64,000 nucleotides of DNA from Candidatus Woesearchaeota archaeon. GTDB lineage: Archaea > Nanobdellota > Nanobdellia > Woesearchaeales > SM23-78. Under the pieces are notes generated by a model that worked only from the letters and a program-made list of their open reading frames with translations, was not told the DNA's origin and did not search any database. Position 1 is the first letter of the stretch, and every line of letters starts with the position of its first letter. A program made the translations under genes and the position numbers. Location of the stretch: NCBI GenBank assembly GCA_016930415.1, contig JAFGGS010000016.1:1359-65358 (forward strand), read 5' to 3'. Below, in pieces: positions 28,676 to 39,305 of this stretch.

Positions 28676-28724
28676 ATCTGGAAAAAAAGAAAAAATATAA
28701 ACCCCTGCAGAGAATCCCCTCTAT

Positions 28725-30080
28725 ATGATCATAGCAGACCTTCACATTCACTCGAAGTATTCCCGCGCGTGCTCGACCAGCCTTGATATCGATAATCTCG
28801 AGAAGTGGGCTCGCGTCAAGGGCGTGGGCCTCCTTGGGACTGGAGACTTCTGCCACCCGAAGTGGATAGTCGAGCTCAAAGAGAAGCTCACAGAAGACGG
28901 AAGCGGAGTCCTCAAGACCAAGAGCAGCTTTCCCTTCATCCTGCAAAACGAGATCTCGCTCATATACACTCAAGGAGGGAAGGGCAGGCGAGTCCACCTA
29001 GTCATCCTGGCACCATCGTTCGAGGTCGTTGACAAGATAACCGCTTACCTGAAAAGCAAGGGAAGGATCGATTACGATGGCAGGCCTATCTTCAACATCT
29101 CATGCGAGGAATTCACGCGCCAACTAAAAGCCATAAGCGAGGACGTAGAGATAATACCAGCCCACGCCTGGACGCCTTGGTTTGGCATATTCGGGAGCAA
29201 GACAGGATTCAACAGCCTAGAAGAAGCCTTCGGCCCCATGAGAAAGCACATTCACGCGATAGAATCAGGCCTGAGCAGCGACCCAGAGATGAACAGGAGG
29301 CTCTCAAAGCTTGACGATGTGAGGATACTAAGCTTCTCAGACAGCCACTCTTTCTGGCCCTGGCGCCTGGGACGCGAAGCCACCATCTTCGAGCTTGAAG
29401 AACTGACATACGAGAACCTGATAGCAGCCATCAGGACAGGCAAAGGACTCAAGGGTACGATCGAAGTCGACCCAGGCTATGGCAAGTACCACTACGACGG
29501 CCACAGGGACTGCGAGGTCTCGATGAGCCCTGAAGTCTCAAGCAAGGTGAACAAGACCTGCCCGGTCTGCGACCGGCCGCTAACCATAGGAGTGCTCAAC
29601 CGCGTAGAAGAACTGGCAGACAGGAGCGAAACAGAAGGGAGAAGAATAGCAGACAAGGACGACAAATCCTACAAGCTAATACCCTTGCACGAACTGATAG
29701 CAGCAGTCCTAGACACTGGAATGGCGACCAAGAAAGCCTGGACAGAATACTACGACATACTAAAAGCAGGCAAGGACGAGTACGACGTGCTGCTCAACGT
29801 ATCTGAAGAAGAACTCCTGAAAGTGACGAGCAAAGAACTAGCAGAGCTCATCATGATGAACAGGAAAGGAGAGCTCGAAGTCAAGCCAGGATACGACGGA
29901 GAATACGGCAAGCTAGTCATCGGTGGCAAGGAAGTCGCGACGAGCGAAGAGGACGAGAAAGAGAAAACGCCAAGAGAGAGAAAAGAGAGACAAGCCAAGG
30001 AAGACAAGAGCGAAGAAGCCAAGGAGAAGCCAAGAGCAAAGACGCCACCGCCACAAAAAGGCCTAGGAGAATATTTCTAA
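28725..30080 (+). CDS. PHP-domain endonuclease Q family protein
   Basis: ADLHIHSKYSRACS, GTGDFCHP, PAHAWTPW, ESGLSSD, SDSHS, GKYHYDGHR.C, CPVC Zn finger. Confidence 0.9.
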   Translation: MIIADLHIHSKYSRACSTSLDIDNLEKWARVKGVGLLGTGDFCHPKWIVELKEKLTEDGSGVLKTKSSFPFILQNEISLIYTQGGKGRRVHLVILAPSFEVVDKITAYLKSKGRIDYDGRPIFNISCEEFTRQLKAISEDVEIIPAHAWTPWFGIFGSKTGFNSLEEAFGPMRKHIHAIESGLSSDPEMNRRLSKLDDVRILSFSDSHSFWPWRLGREATIFELEELTYENLIAAIRTGKGLKGTIEVDPGYGKYHYDGHRDCEVSMSPEVSSKVNKTCPVCDRPLTIGVLNRVEELADRSETEGRRIADKDDKSYKLIPLHELIAAVLDTGMATKKAWTEYYDILKAGKDEYDVLLNVSEEELLKVTSKELAELIMMNRKGELEVKPGYDGEYGKLVIGGKEVATSEEDEKEKTPRERKERQAKEDKSEEAKEKPRAKTPPPQKGLGEYF

Positions 30081-30198
30081 AAAGAAAGACACCACTCGGG
30101 AATGGAAAAGTTTAAGAATAACCACTCCATAACCTTAAGCTACAGATACCACTAGCGATAACAAGCCGAAAAAGGCTGCTCTTGGAGGGACGATTTAA

Positions 30199-32082
30199 TT
30201 GGCTGTGAACCCTTGTAGGATAGCATATTTCTCGATGGAAGCAGGATTAAATGGATTGTGGAGTCTGATAGAGAATCGCAGGATTCCGCTTCCGGAAATT
30301 CTCAGAAGATGGCAAGGGGATGAGATACCCATATATTCTGGAGGACTAGGCGTCCTATCAGGCTGCCAGATAAAAGCTGCCGCGGATATGGAGTTACCCA
30401 TGATCGTAATGGTCCCATTATACGACCGATTCTTCCTTCAAAACCTGGCAACCAACAACTGGCAGAGCGAGAACTACGTTCATTACAATCCGCGGACGCA
30501 CATGAGCCTTCTCCCACAAAAAGATCCTGTTACTGTCAGGATTCAGGGCCGTGAAGTGGCCATCCGTGCATGGCATAAGGATATCATCGGAAGGACTGAC
30601 TTCAGGATTCCCCTCATAGGTCTAGACACTAGGGAAGTGAACAACGGCCAAGCCCATGACGAGCAGATAACAGGAGAGATATACAAGTCCGACGATTATT
30701 ACAAGATCGTCCAGCGAGCAGTCCTTGGAATAGGAGGCGCAAGAGTACTTGAAAAACTCGGATATGATCCTGACGTATACCACATCAACGAGGGCCATGG
30801 AGCCTTTCTCATCCTGGAGCTTCTTAGAAAATACAACCAGAACCTTGAGCGCGTGAGAGAAAAGGTCATATTCACAACCCACACACCAGTCCCTGCAGGC
30901 CACGATGTGTTCGAATATCGCCGAAAAGATACTAACGATGGCGTGGAGGATATATTAGGAGACCTAGTCCCACCAAACATCAGGGAGCTGGCCGGCAAGG
31001 AAAAATTCAACCTGACAGCTCTTGCAATCTCAGGAAGCAGGGATGTCAATGCAGTCTCGGGATTCCACGCTGAAATATCTGCTAATATGGATGTATTCAG
31101 GATGTACATGCCAAGGACCCGCTATGAGGATGCTGAAGCTGGTGAAGGACAGGCCGAGGAAGAGATTAAAGTCAATTACATAACTAATGGAGTCCATGGA
31201 CTCACATGGATTGCCCCTGAGTTCAGGGAACTATACGACAGTCATATACCTGGTTGGAGGGAGAATCCTACTCTGCTTGAAAGGGCAGATGCAATACCTA
31301 ACAATGCCATACTGAGAGCTCACTCCATCGCCAAGAGCAGGCTGGTAGAATACATCAACATGATCCAAGGCCAGACCATAGGTGCTGGGGGAGAATTCGA
31401 CCCTGACATATTCACTATGGGATTCGCAAGGAGAGTTGCGTTATACAAGCGAGGAGACCTCATATTCTATGATATTCAGAGACTGATCGAGGCCGCTGGA
31501 GGAAGAGGCATACAGATAGTGATGGCTGGAAAAGCTCACCCTTCAGACACTGACGGGAAAGGAGTGCTCCAGCGCATACTCCACACGATAAAGACCGACT
31601 CAAGCCTCCAGAACTCTGATATAAGGATAAGATACATCCCTGACTACAACATGATGATAGGCGCGCTCCTCACCTCAGGATGCGACGCTTGGCTAAACAC
31701 TCCTGTCTGCGGACAAGAGGCCTCAGGCACTTCTGGTGAGAAAGCGGCCCAGAACGGTGTCCCGCACATATCAACACCTGACGGCTGGTGGAAAGAGAGG
31801 ATGACTGAAGGAGGATTCACCATAGGGCCTGCTGCAGACTGTTGTCTGAACAAGTTCGACTACGATCCCGTAGCCCATGACCTTTACAGCCAGCTGGAAC
31901 ATCTGATAATGCCTTGGTACTACAACGATCCAACTGCTTGGGCTCAAGTGATGAAGGGGGCCATAAAGAACGGCGGCTTTGGGACTGCCTACAGGATGAT
32001 GAAGCAATACGAAGTATTGTACGACCTTGAAGGTGCGCTCAGAAAAGCAAGGGCTGAGAACATGGCGATTGTCATCCAGTAA
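30199..32082 (+). CDS. glgP: Alpha-glucan (glycogen/starch) phosphorylase
   Basis: IAYFSME, YSGGLGVL, HINEGH, FTTHTPVPAGHD, ITNGVH, FARR..YKR, GKAHP.D, EASGTSG.KAA.NG. Confidence 0.93.
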   Translation: MAVNPCRIAYFSMEAGLNGLWSLIENRRIPLPEILRRWQGDEIPIYSGGLGVLSGCQIKAAADMELPMIVMVPLYDRFFLQNLATNNWQSENYVHYNPRTHMSLLPQKDPVTVRIQGREVAIRAWHKDIIGRTDFRIPLIGLDTREVNNGQAHDEQITGEIYKSDDYYKIVQRAVLGIGGARVLEKLGYDPDVYHINEGHGAFLILELLRKYNQNLERVREKVIFTTHTPVPAGHDVFEYRRKDTNDGVEDILGDLVPPNIRELAGKEKFNLTALAISGSRDVNAVSGFHAEISANMDVFRMYMPRTRYEDAEAGEGQAEEEIKVNYITNGVHGLTWIAPEFRELYDSHIPGWRENPTLLERADAIPNNAILRAHSIAKSRLVEYINMIQGQTIGAGGEFDPDIFTMGFARRVALYKRGDLIFYDIQRLIEAAGGRGIQIVMAGKAHPSDTDGKGVLQRILHTIKTDSSLQNSDIRIRYIPDYNMMIGALLTSGCDAWLNTPVCGQEASGTSGEKAAQNGVPHISTPDGWWKERMTEGGFTIGPAADCCLNKFDYDPVAHDLYSQLEHLIMPWYYNDPTAWAQVMKGAIKNGGFGTAYRMMKQYEVLYDLEGALRKARAENMAIVIQ

Positions 32083-32088
32083 TATTAT

Positions 32089-33159
32089 TCAGATCCATTC
32101 CTTCTTCTTGAAGTAGTATATCATGACCAGCGCCATCGCTATGAACACGCCCCAGACGAAGAGGTAGCCATACTTCCAGTGGATTTCCGGCATGAACTCG
32201 AAGTTCATCCCGTATATGCCTGAGACGAACGTCAATGGTATGAATATGGTGGATAATATCGTGAGGACCTTCATGATCTCGTTCAAGCGGTTGCTCACGC
32301 TCGACATGTACACGTCAAGCATGCTGCCGGCAAGGTCTCTGAAGCTCTCCACAGTGTCCATCGCCTGGATGACGTGGTCGTAGAGGTCGCTGAGGTATAC
32401 CTTGGTCTGTTTCTTGATTATCCGAGACTCGCTCTTCTGCATCTTGTTGATGAGCTCCCGAAGCGGCCAGATGGATTTTCTCAAGAATATGAGCTCTCGC
32501 TTCAAGTCGTTGATAGAGGTCAAGGTGTCCTGGGTCGGGTTATCGTCTAGCTCCTCCTCGAGGTCTCCCATCTTGTCCCCAAGCTTCTCCAAGACCTTGA
32601 AATAATTGTCAATTATAGCGTCTATCAACACGTAAGCCAGGTAGTCGCTTCCTGACTTGCGGACAGTCCACTTAGCATCCCTGATCCTCTCGCGCACGCT
32701 GTCAAACGCGGCGCTGTCGCTCTCCTGAAAGCTGATGATGTAATCCTTGCCCACGATTAGGCTCACGTGCTCAGAAGCTATCTCCCCAGTCCTGCTGTCG
32801 AAGTTGAGCATCTTCAGGACGATGAAGAGGTAAGAGTTAAAGTCAGCGAAAGAAGGCCTCTTGCCAGTGCTCACGATGTCTTCCTGGATGAGCGGGTGGA
32901 GCTCGAAGACCTCGCCGATCCTGCCTATGACATTAGACTCGTGCAGGCCAGTGATGTCAAGCCAAGTAACCCTCTTAGACTCCTTGAAAGGAAAAGCCTC
33001 CTCGATCTTCGTAAGCTTCTTCTCGATTATGGTCTTCTTATCATAATCCATTATGCGGAAGATAGGGTTTTCCAGCTTCTTCCTCTCAGTATAGACTATG
33101 CTGCCAGGAGGAAGGCCGGCCTTCTCAGAATGCCTCTTAATGGCGTTGAAAACGTTCAA
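32089..33159 (-). CDS. corA: Magnesium/cobalt transporter CorA
   Basis: KAGLPPGS, HPL..ED, NEIMKVLT, GIYGMNF signature, MPE. Confidence 0.96.
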   Translation of the reverse strand: MNVFNAIKRHSEKAGLPPGSIVYTERKKLENPIFRIMDYDKKTIIEKKLTKIEEAFPFKESKRVTWLDITGLHESNVIGRIGEVFELHPLIQEDIVSTGKRPSFADFNSYLFIVLKMLNFDSRTGEIASEHVSLIVGKDYIISFQESDSAAFDSVRERIRDAKWTVRKSGSDYLAYVLIDAIIDNYFKVLEKLGDKMGDLEEELDDNPTQDTLTSINDLKRELIFLRKSIWPLRELINKMQKSESRIIKKQTKVYLSDLYDHVIQAMDTVESFRDLAGSMLDVYMSSVSNRLNEIMKVLTILSTIFIPLTFVSGIYGMNFEFMPEIHWKYGYLFVWGVFIAMALVMIYYFKKKEWI

Positions 33160-33263
33160 TACAAGTCACACCCTCTTTTCTTGCTGAAATACTATCTACT
33201 ATGAATCAAAGAAGCAACATCATATTTAAATCTTTTTAATCAGAAAGGGCGTGTTGAAAATGT

Positions 33264-33347
33264 CGCCACAGCTCGGACAACAGAAATTCTTGCGAATTTC
33301 TGAGTCCAAACCGCGTCGCTTCGTTTCACTCAGCGCCACAGCTCGGA
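33264..33347 (+). repeat. 14-bp direct repeat of the tRNA-Ser 3' end (CGCCACAGCTCGGA at 33264-33277 and 33334-33347)
   Basis: Exact match read directly from the sequence. Confidence 0.85.
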
Positions 33348-33434
33348 TTTGAACCGAGAATTCCGTAAGGAACCGGTTAACTCGATTGTTCTGATGTTCG
33401 AGACCGGCGCACTACCGAGTTATGCGACTGTGGC
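33334..33434 (-). tRNA. tRNA-Ser(CGA) with an 18-nt canonical 37/38 intron
   Basis: GCCACAG/CTGTGGC acceptor, CCGGT/ACCGG anticodon stem, long variable arm, BHB central helix CTCG/CGAG, intron CATCAGAACAATCGAGTT. Confidence 0.93.
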
Positions 33435-33507
33435 ATGCTTGCATGTCTAAAGGAAGCACTCAAAAACAGTTCCTGTTTTTATTGTGTGACTGTGGCATGC
33501 GGTTTAT

Positions 33508-34020
33508 CTATCTGCTAAGAAGGTTCTTGCTTCTATTAAAAATCTTTCTTTTACTTCCTCTCATCTCAGCGTACTTGTCGATCTGCATCAAGAGCAGGAG
33601 GTATGCGGGCGCCACTAAGAGGCAATACGCTTGTGCATAGGCCGGAGCGTGCAGGAGCGGCAGGCCGAATAAGCCTGGGTAATTGCTGTCGAGCTGCACT
33701 CCAAGGAAATTATAGAATACGTATTCTGCCAGAAGGAAGATCGTCTCGTACATCACGACTGCCTTTGCAAACCGGTACCTGCCCATCCTATCATGAATGA
33801 TCTTGAGGAGCAACAATCCTCCTGTCCATGCAAAGAATGGGAATGCCAGGCTTAGCAACGCAGGGGTTCCCTTGTAATTGTATAAGCCGCTGAACCCCAC
33901 CCACGCCCCTGTCATCAGCGCGGCAAGCAGGACTTCCCTGTATCCCTTCCTGGCAAAGCGCAGGTATGCTGCGATGCCTAGGATGCTCACTAAAATCACT
34001 GCGTAGATTGCGAATGCCAT
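33508..34020 (-). CDS. Hypothetical multi-pass membrane protein
   Basis: 170 aa, about 5 hydrophobic segments. Confidence 0.65.
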   Translation of the reverse strand: MAFAIYAVILVSILGIAAYLRFARKGYREVLLAALMTGAWVGFSGLYNYKGTPALLSLAFPFFAWTGGLLLLKIIHDRMGRYRFAKAVVMYETIFLLAEYVFYNFLGVQLDSNYPGLFGLPLLHAPAYAQAYCLLVAPAYLLLLMQIDKYAEMRGSKRKIFNRSKNLLSR

Positions 34021-34073
34021 AAGAGAAAAGGATAATAAAGAGTTTATAAAACTTTGCTGATCAGATCAGGTCC

Positions 34074-35255
34074 TTATGCAGGTACCTTGAAGACTGGCGG
34101 CCTGTTCCTGTCGACCACTGTGACCTTGAAGGTCTGGCTTGACTCGAAGCTTCCGTCGCTCGCGATCACGGTCACGCTGTAAGTCCCTGCGTCGTCGTAG
34201 GTTGTGGTGTAGCTCTCAGAGTTCATCCATCCCTTCACTGTGACCTTGACCTCGTCTCCTTCCCTGTCGTACACGTCAATTGGCAGCTTGACGGTCTCTC
34301 CCTCGTAGACTGTGATGTCGTCTATATTCTTGAGGGTCGGGGCGGTATTCCTCATCTTGACCTGGACAGCCACGTCCTTCTTCGCGGTCAGCTTGCCGTC
34401 AGTTGCGACTACGCTGACAGTGTAGCTGCCTGCGTCTCCGATCTTGGTCTTCCAGCTTCCAGTGCCGTCGAACGGCTCTGAGAATGACAGCTTGACCTTG
34501 TCCCCGTCAGGGTCATCGACCTGAGGCGTGATGGTTATGATGTCTGTCTCAGTGCCTGTGATGGTCTCGCTTGGCAGGAATACCCTTGGCTCCCTGTTCT
34601 TGTTCAGGATCTGTATCTTTATGGTCTTCTGGGACTCCTTGTACTTGTTCTTGGCCTTGATCAGGGTCGTGTACTCGCCTGCATCCTCGAAGGTCGTCTC
34701 GTAAGTCGGGCCTTTCATGAATCCGGAGTACTCGATAACTGTCTGGTCGCCCTCGGGGTCGTAGATGTTGCAGTTAAGGGTTATCATGTCTCCCTCGTGC
34801 ACAGTGATCTCTTCAGGGCACTCGATGACTGGCGCCTTCTTGGCCTTGTGCACGACTATGGTGACTTCTTCTGTCGTGTTGGCCTTGCCGTCTGTCGCAG
34901 TGACTGTCACGACGTACTTGCCGGCGTCTCCTTCCTTGGTCTGCCATTTCCCGTTAGAGTCGAATGGCTCGGTGAAGAAGTAGTTTACTACGTCCTCATC
35001 AGGGTCGACTGCTTCTGGCCTTAAGTGGACCAGGTCTCCCTCTGTCGCGTCCAGGACGACGTTCGTCTCTGGCTTGACTTCTGCAGTGACTGTTTGGGTC
35101 TCTTCTGCAGCCGGGATGCTTGTCTCCTCTCCAGTCGCAATCTGGGCGATCTCGATCGGTAGAAGTGTCTCGTTTTGGCTTTGTGGCACTTGCTGGCAAC
35201 CAGCAATAATCAACGCTCCTAATATGAGCAATGTCATAAACGCATCTTTCCTCAT
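34074..35255 (-). CDS. Lipoprotein with four cadherin-like/Ig-like repeats
   Basis: Lipobox LIIAGC; repeats EG....L...DP(D/E)GD...DAG.Y.V.V.A.DG; N..P linkers. Confidence 0.82.
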   Translation of the reverse strand: MRKDAFMTLLILGALIIAGCQQVPQSQNETLLPIEIAQIATGEETSIPAAEETQTVTAEVKPETNVVLDATEGDLVHLRPEAVDPDEDVVNYFFTEPFDSNGKWQTKEGDAGKYVVTVTATDGKANTTEEVTIVVHKAKKAPVIECPEEITVHEGDMITLNCNIYDPEGDQTVIEYSGFMKGPTYETTFEDAGEYTTLIKAKNKYKESQKTIKIQILNKNREPRVFLPSETITGTETDIITITPQVDDPDGDKVKLSFSEPFDGTGSWKTKIGDAGSYTVSVVATDGKLTAKKDVAVQVKMRNTAPTLKNIDDITVYEGETVKLPIDVYDREGDEVKVTVKGWMNSESYTTTYDDAGTYSVTVIASDGSFESSQTFKVTVVDRNRPPVFKVPA

Positions 35256-35441
35256 TTTTACTTAACCCCTCAACTTTTTTTTTTTAGAGTATAACCGATA
35301 ACGGTTCGTATCAGCAGGATGACCACAGTTCAGTATATAAATATTTCTATTCCGAAGTGAAGACAGCTGCTTGTCGTCCTCAAGAATAGGTGGATACTCA
35401 GTGAATGTCTAGGTGAGATGTGTCACTATCATAATCCAGCA

Positions 35442-36530
35442 TCATTCCAGGCTGGCCTCAAGCTCTTTCAAGATCTTCTCCTGCTTCCTGCTTAGATGCC
35501 TCGGCACCTCAACGATCATAGTGAACAATATGTCGCCCCTGCCAAAGCTATGCATGTGCTTGAGCCCCTCACCCTTAAGTCTCAAGACATCGCCAGGCTG
35601 GGTGCCTGCTGGGATTCTCATGCTGGCCTCGCCCTTGAGCGTCGGCACCTTGACCTTGTCTCCAAGAGCAGCCTGGACAAAACTTATCCTCACATCAGAC
35701 AAGAGATCGTCATCATCCCTCTCAAAGACGTCGTGAGGCTCGACATGGATTATGATGTACAAGTCGCCGCTAGGACCGCCCCTGTAGCCAGCCTCTCCCT
35801 CGCCATTCATGCGAAGCCTAGCGCCCTCCATGATGCCGGCAGGGATGTTGACCTCGATGGTCTTGGTATTCCTCTTCCTGCCAGTCCCCTGACAATCATC
35901 ACAGACATGCTTGAAGATAGAGCCAGAACCCTGGCAATTCCTGCAAGGAGCAGTCGTCTGGAACATGCCAAAAGGAGTCCTCCTGGTCTCGCGATACATG
36001 CCAGCGCCGTGGCATACTGTGCAAGTGTCCTCGCCGCTTCCGCCCTTGCCATCGCACTTGGCGCACTCGTCATTCTTAGTGATCTTGATCTTTTTCTTGA
36101 CGCCGTCAGACACGTCTTCCAGGGAGACTGAGAGCTCATAAGCCAAGTCGCTTCCCCTGTTGCTTCTCGCGCGCCTGCGGCCGCCGCCCATGCCTCCGCC
36201 GCCGAAGAAGGTGTCGAATATGCTGTCGAAATCAAACCCGCCGCCGAAGCTAGAAAAGTCAAATCCTGAAAAGTCCTGACTGCCAAAGCCGCTTTGGCCG
36301 CCGCCGTACTTGAACGCGTCAGGCCCATACTGGTCGTACTGCTTCCTCTTCTCCTCATCCCCAAGGACGCTTGCAGCCTCGTTTATCTCCTTGAACTTGT
36401 CAGCAGCCCCCTCTTCCTTGTTAAGGTCAGGGTGGTGCTGCTTTGCAAGCTTCTTATAAGCAGCCTTGATATCCTCTTTAGACGCGCCCTTAGGCACGCC
36501 TAAGACCTTGTAGTAATCCTTCTCAGCCAT
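35442..36530 (-). CDS. dnaJ: Chaperone DnaJ
   Basis: J-domain HPD, G/F-rich region, four CxxCxGxG repeats. Confidence 0.99.
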   Translation of the reverse strand: MAEKDYYKVLGVPKGASKEDIKAAYKKLAKQHHPDLNKEEGAADKFKEINEAASVLGDEEKRKQYDQYGPDAFKYGGGQSGFGSQDFSGFDFSSFGGGFDFDSIFDTFFGGGGMGGGRRRARSNRGSDLAYELSVSLEDVSDGVKKKIKITKNDECAKCDGKGGSGEDTCTVCHGAGMYRETRRTPFGMFQTTAPCRNCQGSGSIFKHVCDDCQGTGRKRNTKTIEVNIPAGIMEGARLRMNGEGEAGYRGGPSGDLYIIIHVEPHDVFERDDDDLLSDVRISFVQAALGDKVKVPTLKGEASMRIPAGTQPGDVLRLKGEGLKHMHSFGRGDILFTMIVEVPRHLSRKQEKILKELEASLE

Positions 36531-36636
36531 GTTGATCCCAAGCCAATGGGCTTCAATTATAAATGTTTCCTATCATGCCAACGAAAACACATGTATACTA
36601 AAATGAAAAACCAAAATAATTTTCTAGGTTTAGAGC

Positions 36637-38547
36637 CTACTTCTTCTTTTTCTTAGCTGAGTCCTCATCCTTGACCTCTTCGAACTCAGCATCGACGACA
36701 TTGTCACCCTTCTTTGAAGAAGCCCCTTCGCCTGCGCCAGGTCCGCCTGCTTGGCCTCCTGCCCCGCCAGCTGCGCCGTGGGTCTTGGCGTACTCTTCAC
36801 TCGCCTTCTTGTAGAGTTCAGTGCTCATGGCCTGGATCTTCTGGTTGACCTCATCCATCTTCTTCTTGATGGCTGCGATATCCCTCTTCTCAGGTTCCAT
36901 CAGCTTCTTTAGCTCTTCGACCTGCTTCTTGACCTCCTCGACCTCTTTCTTGTCGACCTTGCCCTCGAACTCCTTGAAAAGCTTGTCGCTCGAATAGACC
37001 AAGGTGTCTGCCGCGTTTATGGTCTCAGCCTCTTCTCGCTTCTTCTTGTCGTCCGCGGCAAAGCTCTCAGCATCCTTCCTCATCTTCTCGACTTCACCCT
37101 CAGAGAGGTTGGTCGAAGCGGTTATCTTGATGCTCTGCTCCTTGCCAGTACCTAGGTCCTTTGCGCCGACATGGACTATGCCATTAGCGTCTATGTCAAA
37201 GCTCACCTCGATCTGAGGCACTCCTCTTGGCGCAGGCGGAATGCCTATGAGGTCGAACTGTCCTAGCAGCTTGTTGTCAGCAGCCATGCTCCTCTCCCCT
37301 TGGAAGACCCTGATAGTGACTGCCGGCTGGTTGTCAGCAGCAGTACTGAACACCTGGCCCTTCTTGGTCGGTATGGTCGTGTTTCGCTCGATGAGCTTGG
37401 TGAATACTCCACCTAGGGTCTCGATTCCCAGGCTCAAGGGAGTGACGTCCAATAAGAGGATGTCCTTGACCTCTCCGGCCAGGATCGCGCCCTGGATCGC
37501 TGCTCCAAGAGCCACTGCCTCGTCAGGGTTCACGCTCTTATCACCGTCCTTGCCAGCGATCTGCTTGATAAGAGACTGGACTGCAGGGATCCTCGTGCTG
37601 CCGCCGACTAGTATCACCTTGTCGATCTGGCTACTTGACACCTTTGCGTCCTTCATCGCGAGCTGGGTCGGGACCTTGAGCTTCTCTAATATGTCTGTTA
37701 TCAGGCTTTCGAACTTAGCCCTTGCAAGCTCCATGTTAAGGTGCTTTGGCCCTGCCTTGTCAGCGGTTATGAATGGCAGGTTGATGGTCGTCTTGACCTT
37801 GCTTGAAAGCTCGATCTTAGCCTTCTCAGCAGCCTCTTTCAGGCGTTGGTGGCTAACCTTGTCAGTCCTTAGGTCGATACCGTTGGCCTTCTTGAACTCG
37901 TCAGCCATCCAGTCAACGAGGATCTTGTCTATGTCATCCCCTCCTAGGCGGTTGTCGCCGTTGGTCGCCTTGACCTCAAAGACTCCGTCGCCAAGCTCGA
38001 GGATGGATACGTCGAACGTGCCTCCTCCGAAGTCGAACACCATTATGGTGTGGGCCTCGCTCTTATCAAGCCCGTAAGCCAGGCTGGCCGCTGTCGGCTC
38101 GTTTATGATCCTCACCACGTCAAGACCTGCGATCTTGCCGGCGTCCTTGGTGGCTTGTCTCTGCGCGTCCTCGAAGTATGCTGGGACTGTTATGACTGCC
38201 TTCTTCACAGGCTTCCCAAGATATGCCTCTGCGTCGCTTTTTAGCTTCTGTAAGATCATCGAGCTGATCTCCTGAGGTGTGAATTCCTTATCCCATATCT
38301 TGACTTTGTGGTCCTCACCCATGTGCCTCTTGATGCTGTAGACTGTGTGCTCTGGGTTGCTGATGGCCTGGTTCCTTGCGAGTCTGCCGACCAGCCTCTC
38401 GCCTTCCTCTGTCATAGAGACCACGCTAGGTGTAGTCCGCTCGCCCTCGCTGCTTGGGATGATGACTGACTTGCCGCCCTCCATCACAGCGACCGCGCTG
38501 AACGTTGTACCAAGATCAATTCCTATTATTTTTTCCTTCTCTGCCAT
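36637..38547 (-). CDS. dnaK: Chaperone DnaK (Hsp70)
   Basis: [33 protein letters not shown]; GGAGGT RBS before MAEKE at 38547. Confidence 0.99.
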   Translation of the reverse strand: MAEKEKIIGIDLGTTFSAVAVMEGGKSVIIPSSEGERTTPSVVSMTEEGERLVGRLARNQAISNPEHTVYSIKRHMGEDHKVKIWDKEFTPQEISSMILQKLKSDAEAYLGKPVKKAVITVPAYFEDAQRQATKDAGKIAGLDVVRIINEPTAASLAYGLDKSEAHTIMVFDFGGGTFDVSILELGDGVFEVKATNGDNRLGGDDIDKILVDWMADEFKKANGIDLRTDKVSHQRLKEAAEKAKIELSSKVKTTINLPFITADKAGPKHLNMELARAKFESLITDILEKLKVPTQLAMKDAKVSSSQIDKVILVGGSTRIPAVQSLIKQIAGKDGDKSVNPDEAVALGAAIQGAILAGEVKDILLLDVTPLSLGIETLGGVFTKLIERNTTIPTKKGQVFSTAADNQPAVTIRVFQGERSMAADNKLLGQFDLIGIPPAPRGVPQIEVSFDIDANGIVHVGAKDLGTGKEQSIKITASTNLSEGEVEKMRKDAESFAADDKKKREEAETINAADTLVYSSDKLFKEFEGKVDKKEVEEVKKQVEELKKLMEPEKRDIAAIKKKMDEVNQKIQAMSTELYKKASEEYAKTHGAAGGAGGQAGGPGAGEGASSKKGDNVVDAEFEEVKDEDSAKKKKK

Positions 38548-38634
38548 TTTGATTACCTCCAAAACGTCTGTCTGATCGTTGTTTTTCTCTTCTGGTTGTC
38601 TTTGTCTGTTTTCTTTTCTTTGATAAGCCGCCGC

Positions 38635-39222
38635 CTAGTCGGGTTTCCCTTCAGTTGATGGCGGCGCCTGAACATTATTCTTGCCTGTTTTCTTGGCTAT
38701 CTTCACCTTCGAGTGCCTGAGCACCTTGCCATTGAACAAGTAGCCTTTCTGCAGCTCTTCTAAGACTGTGTTTGGCTCCTGGCCGCTCTCCACTGAGAGC
38801 AGGGCCTCGTGAAGATGAGGGTCGAATTTCTGGTCCTTGCACTCGATCCTCTTAAGGCCTGAGGCCTCGAGGGTTTCGGATAGCTGCGCGTAGATGAGCT
38901 CAACGCCTTTGTGGAACTCTGCGTCTTGATGGTGGTGCGAGAGTGCGAGCTCGAGGTTGTCAAGGATAGGAAGAAGACTCTTCACAAGGGTTTCGTTGGC
39001 TTGCTTGACGAAGCTCGCGTTCTCCCGATCGCACCGTTTCCTGTAATTGTCAAACTCTGCCTGGAGGCGCTGGAGCGTGTCTGTCATCTCTTTTAGCTCT
39101 AGCTTCAGCTTCTCCTCCTGGTTCATGGGCGCTGCCTGGGCTTCTTTTGCCTCAGGGGTTTGGGTTGCAGGCTTGCTCTCCTGCTCTGGCTTGTTGTCGC
39201 CTGTCTTGTCTTGTTTTGCCAT
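38635..39222 (-). CDS. grpE: Nucleotide exchange factor GrpE
   Basis: RLQAEFDNYRKR, LLPILDNLE, FDPHLHEA, KGY..NGKVLRHSKV. Confidence 0.97.
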   Translation of the reverse strand: MAKQDKTGDNKPEQESKPATQTPEAKEAQAAPMNQEEKLKLELKEMTDTLQRLQAEFDNYRKRCDRENASFVKQANETLVKSLLPILDNLELALSHHHQDAEFHKGVELIYAQLSETLEASGLKRIECKDQKFDPHLHEALLSVESGQEPNTVLEELQKGYLFNGKVLRHSKVKIAKKTGKNNVQAPPSTEGKPD

Positions 39223-39305
39223 TGTATTTAACCTCACTTTGAACGTAAAATAATCACCTTGTTGAGTTAAACTCGACGAAGGCGAATTGAGATAGAACGA
39301 ACTTA

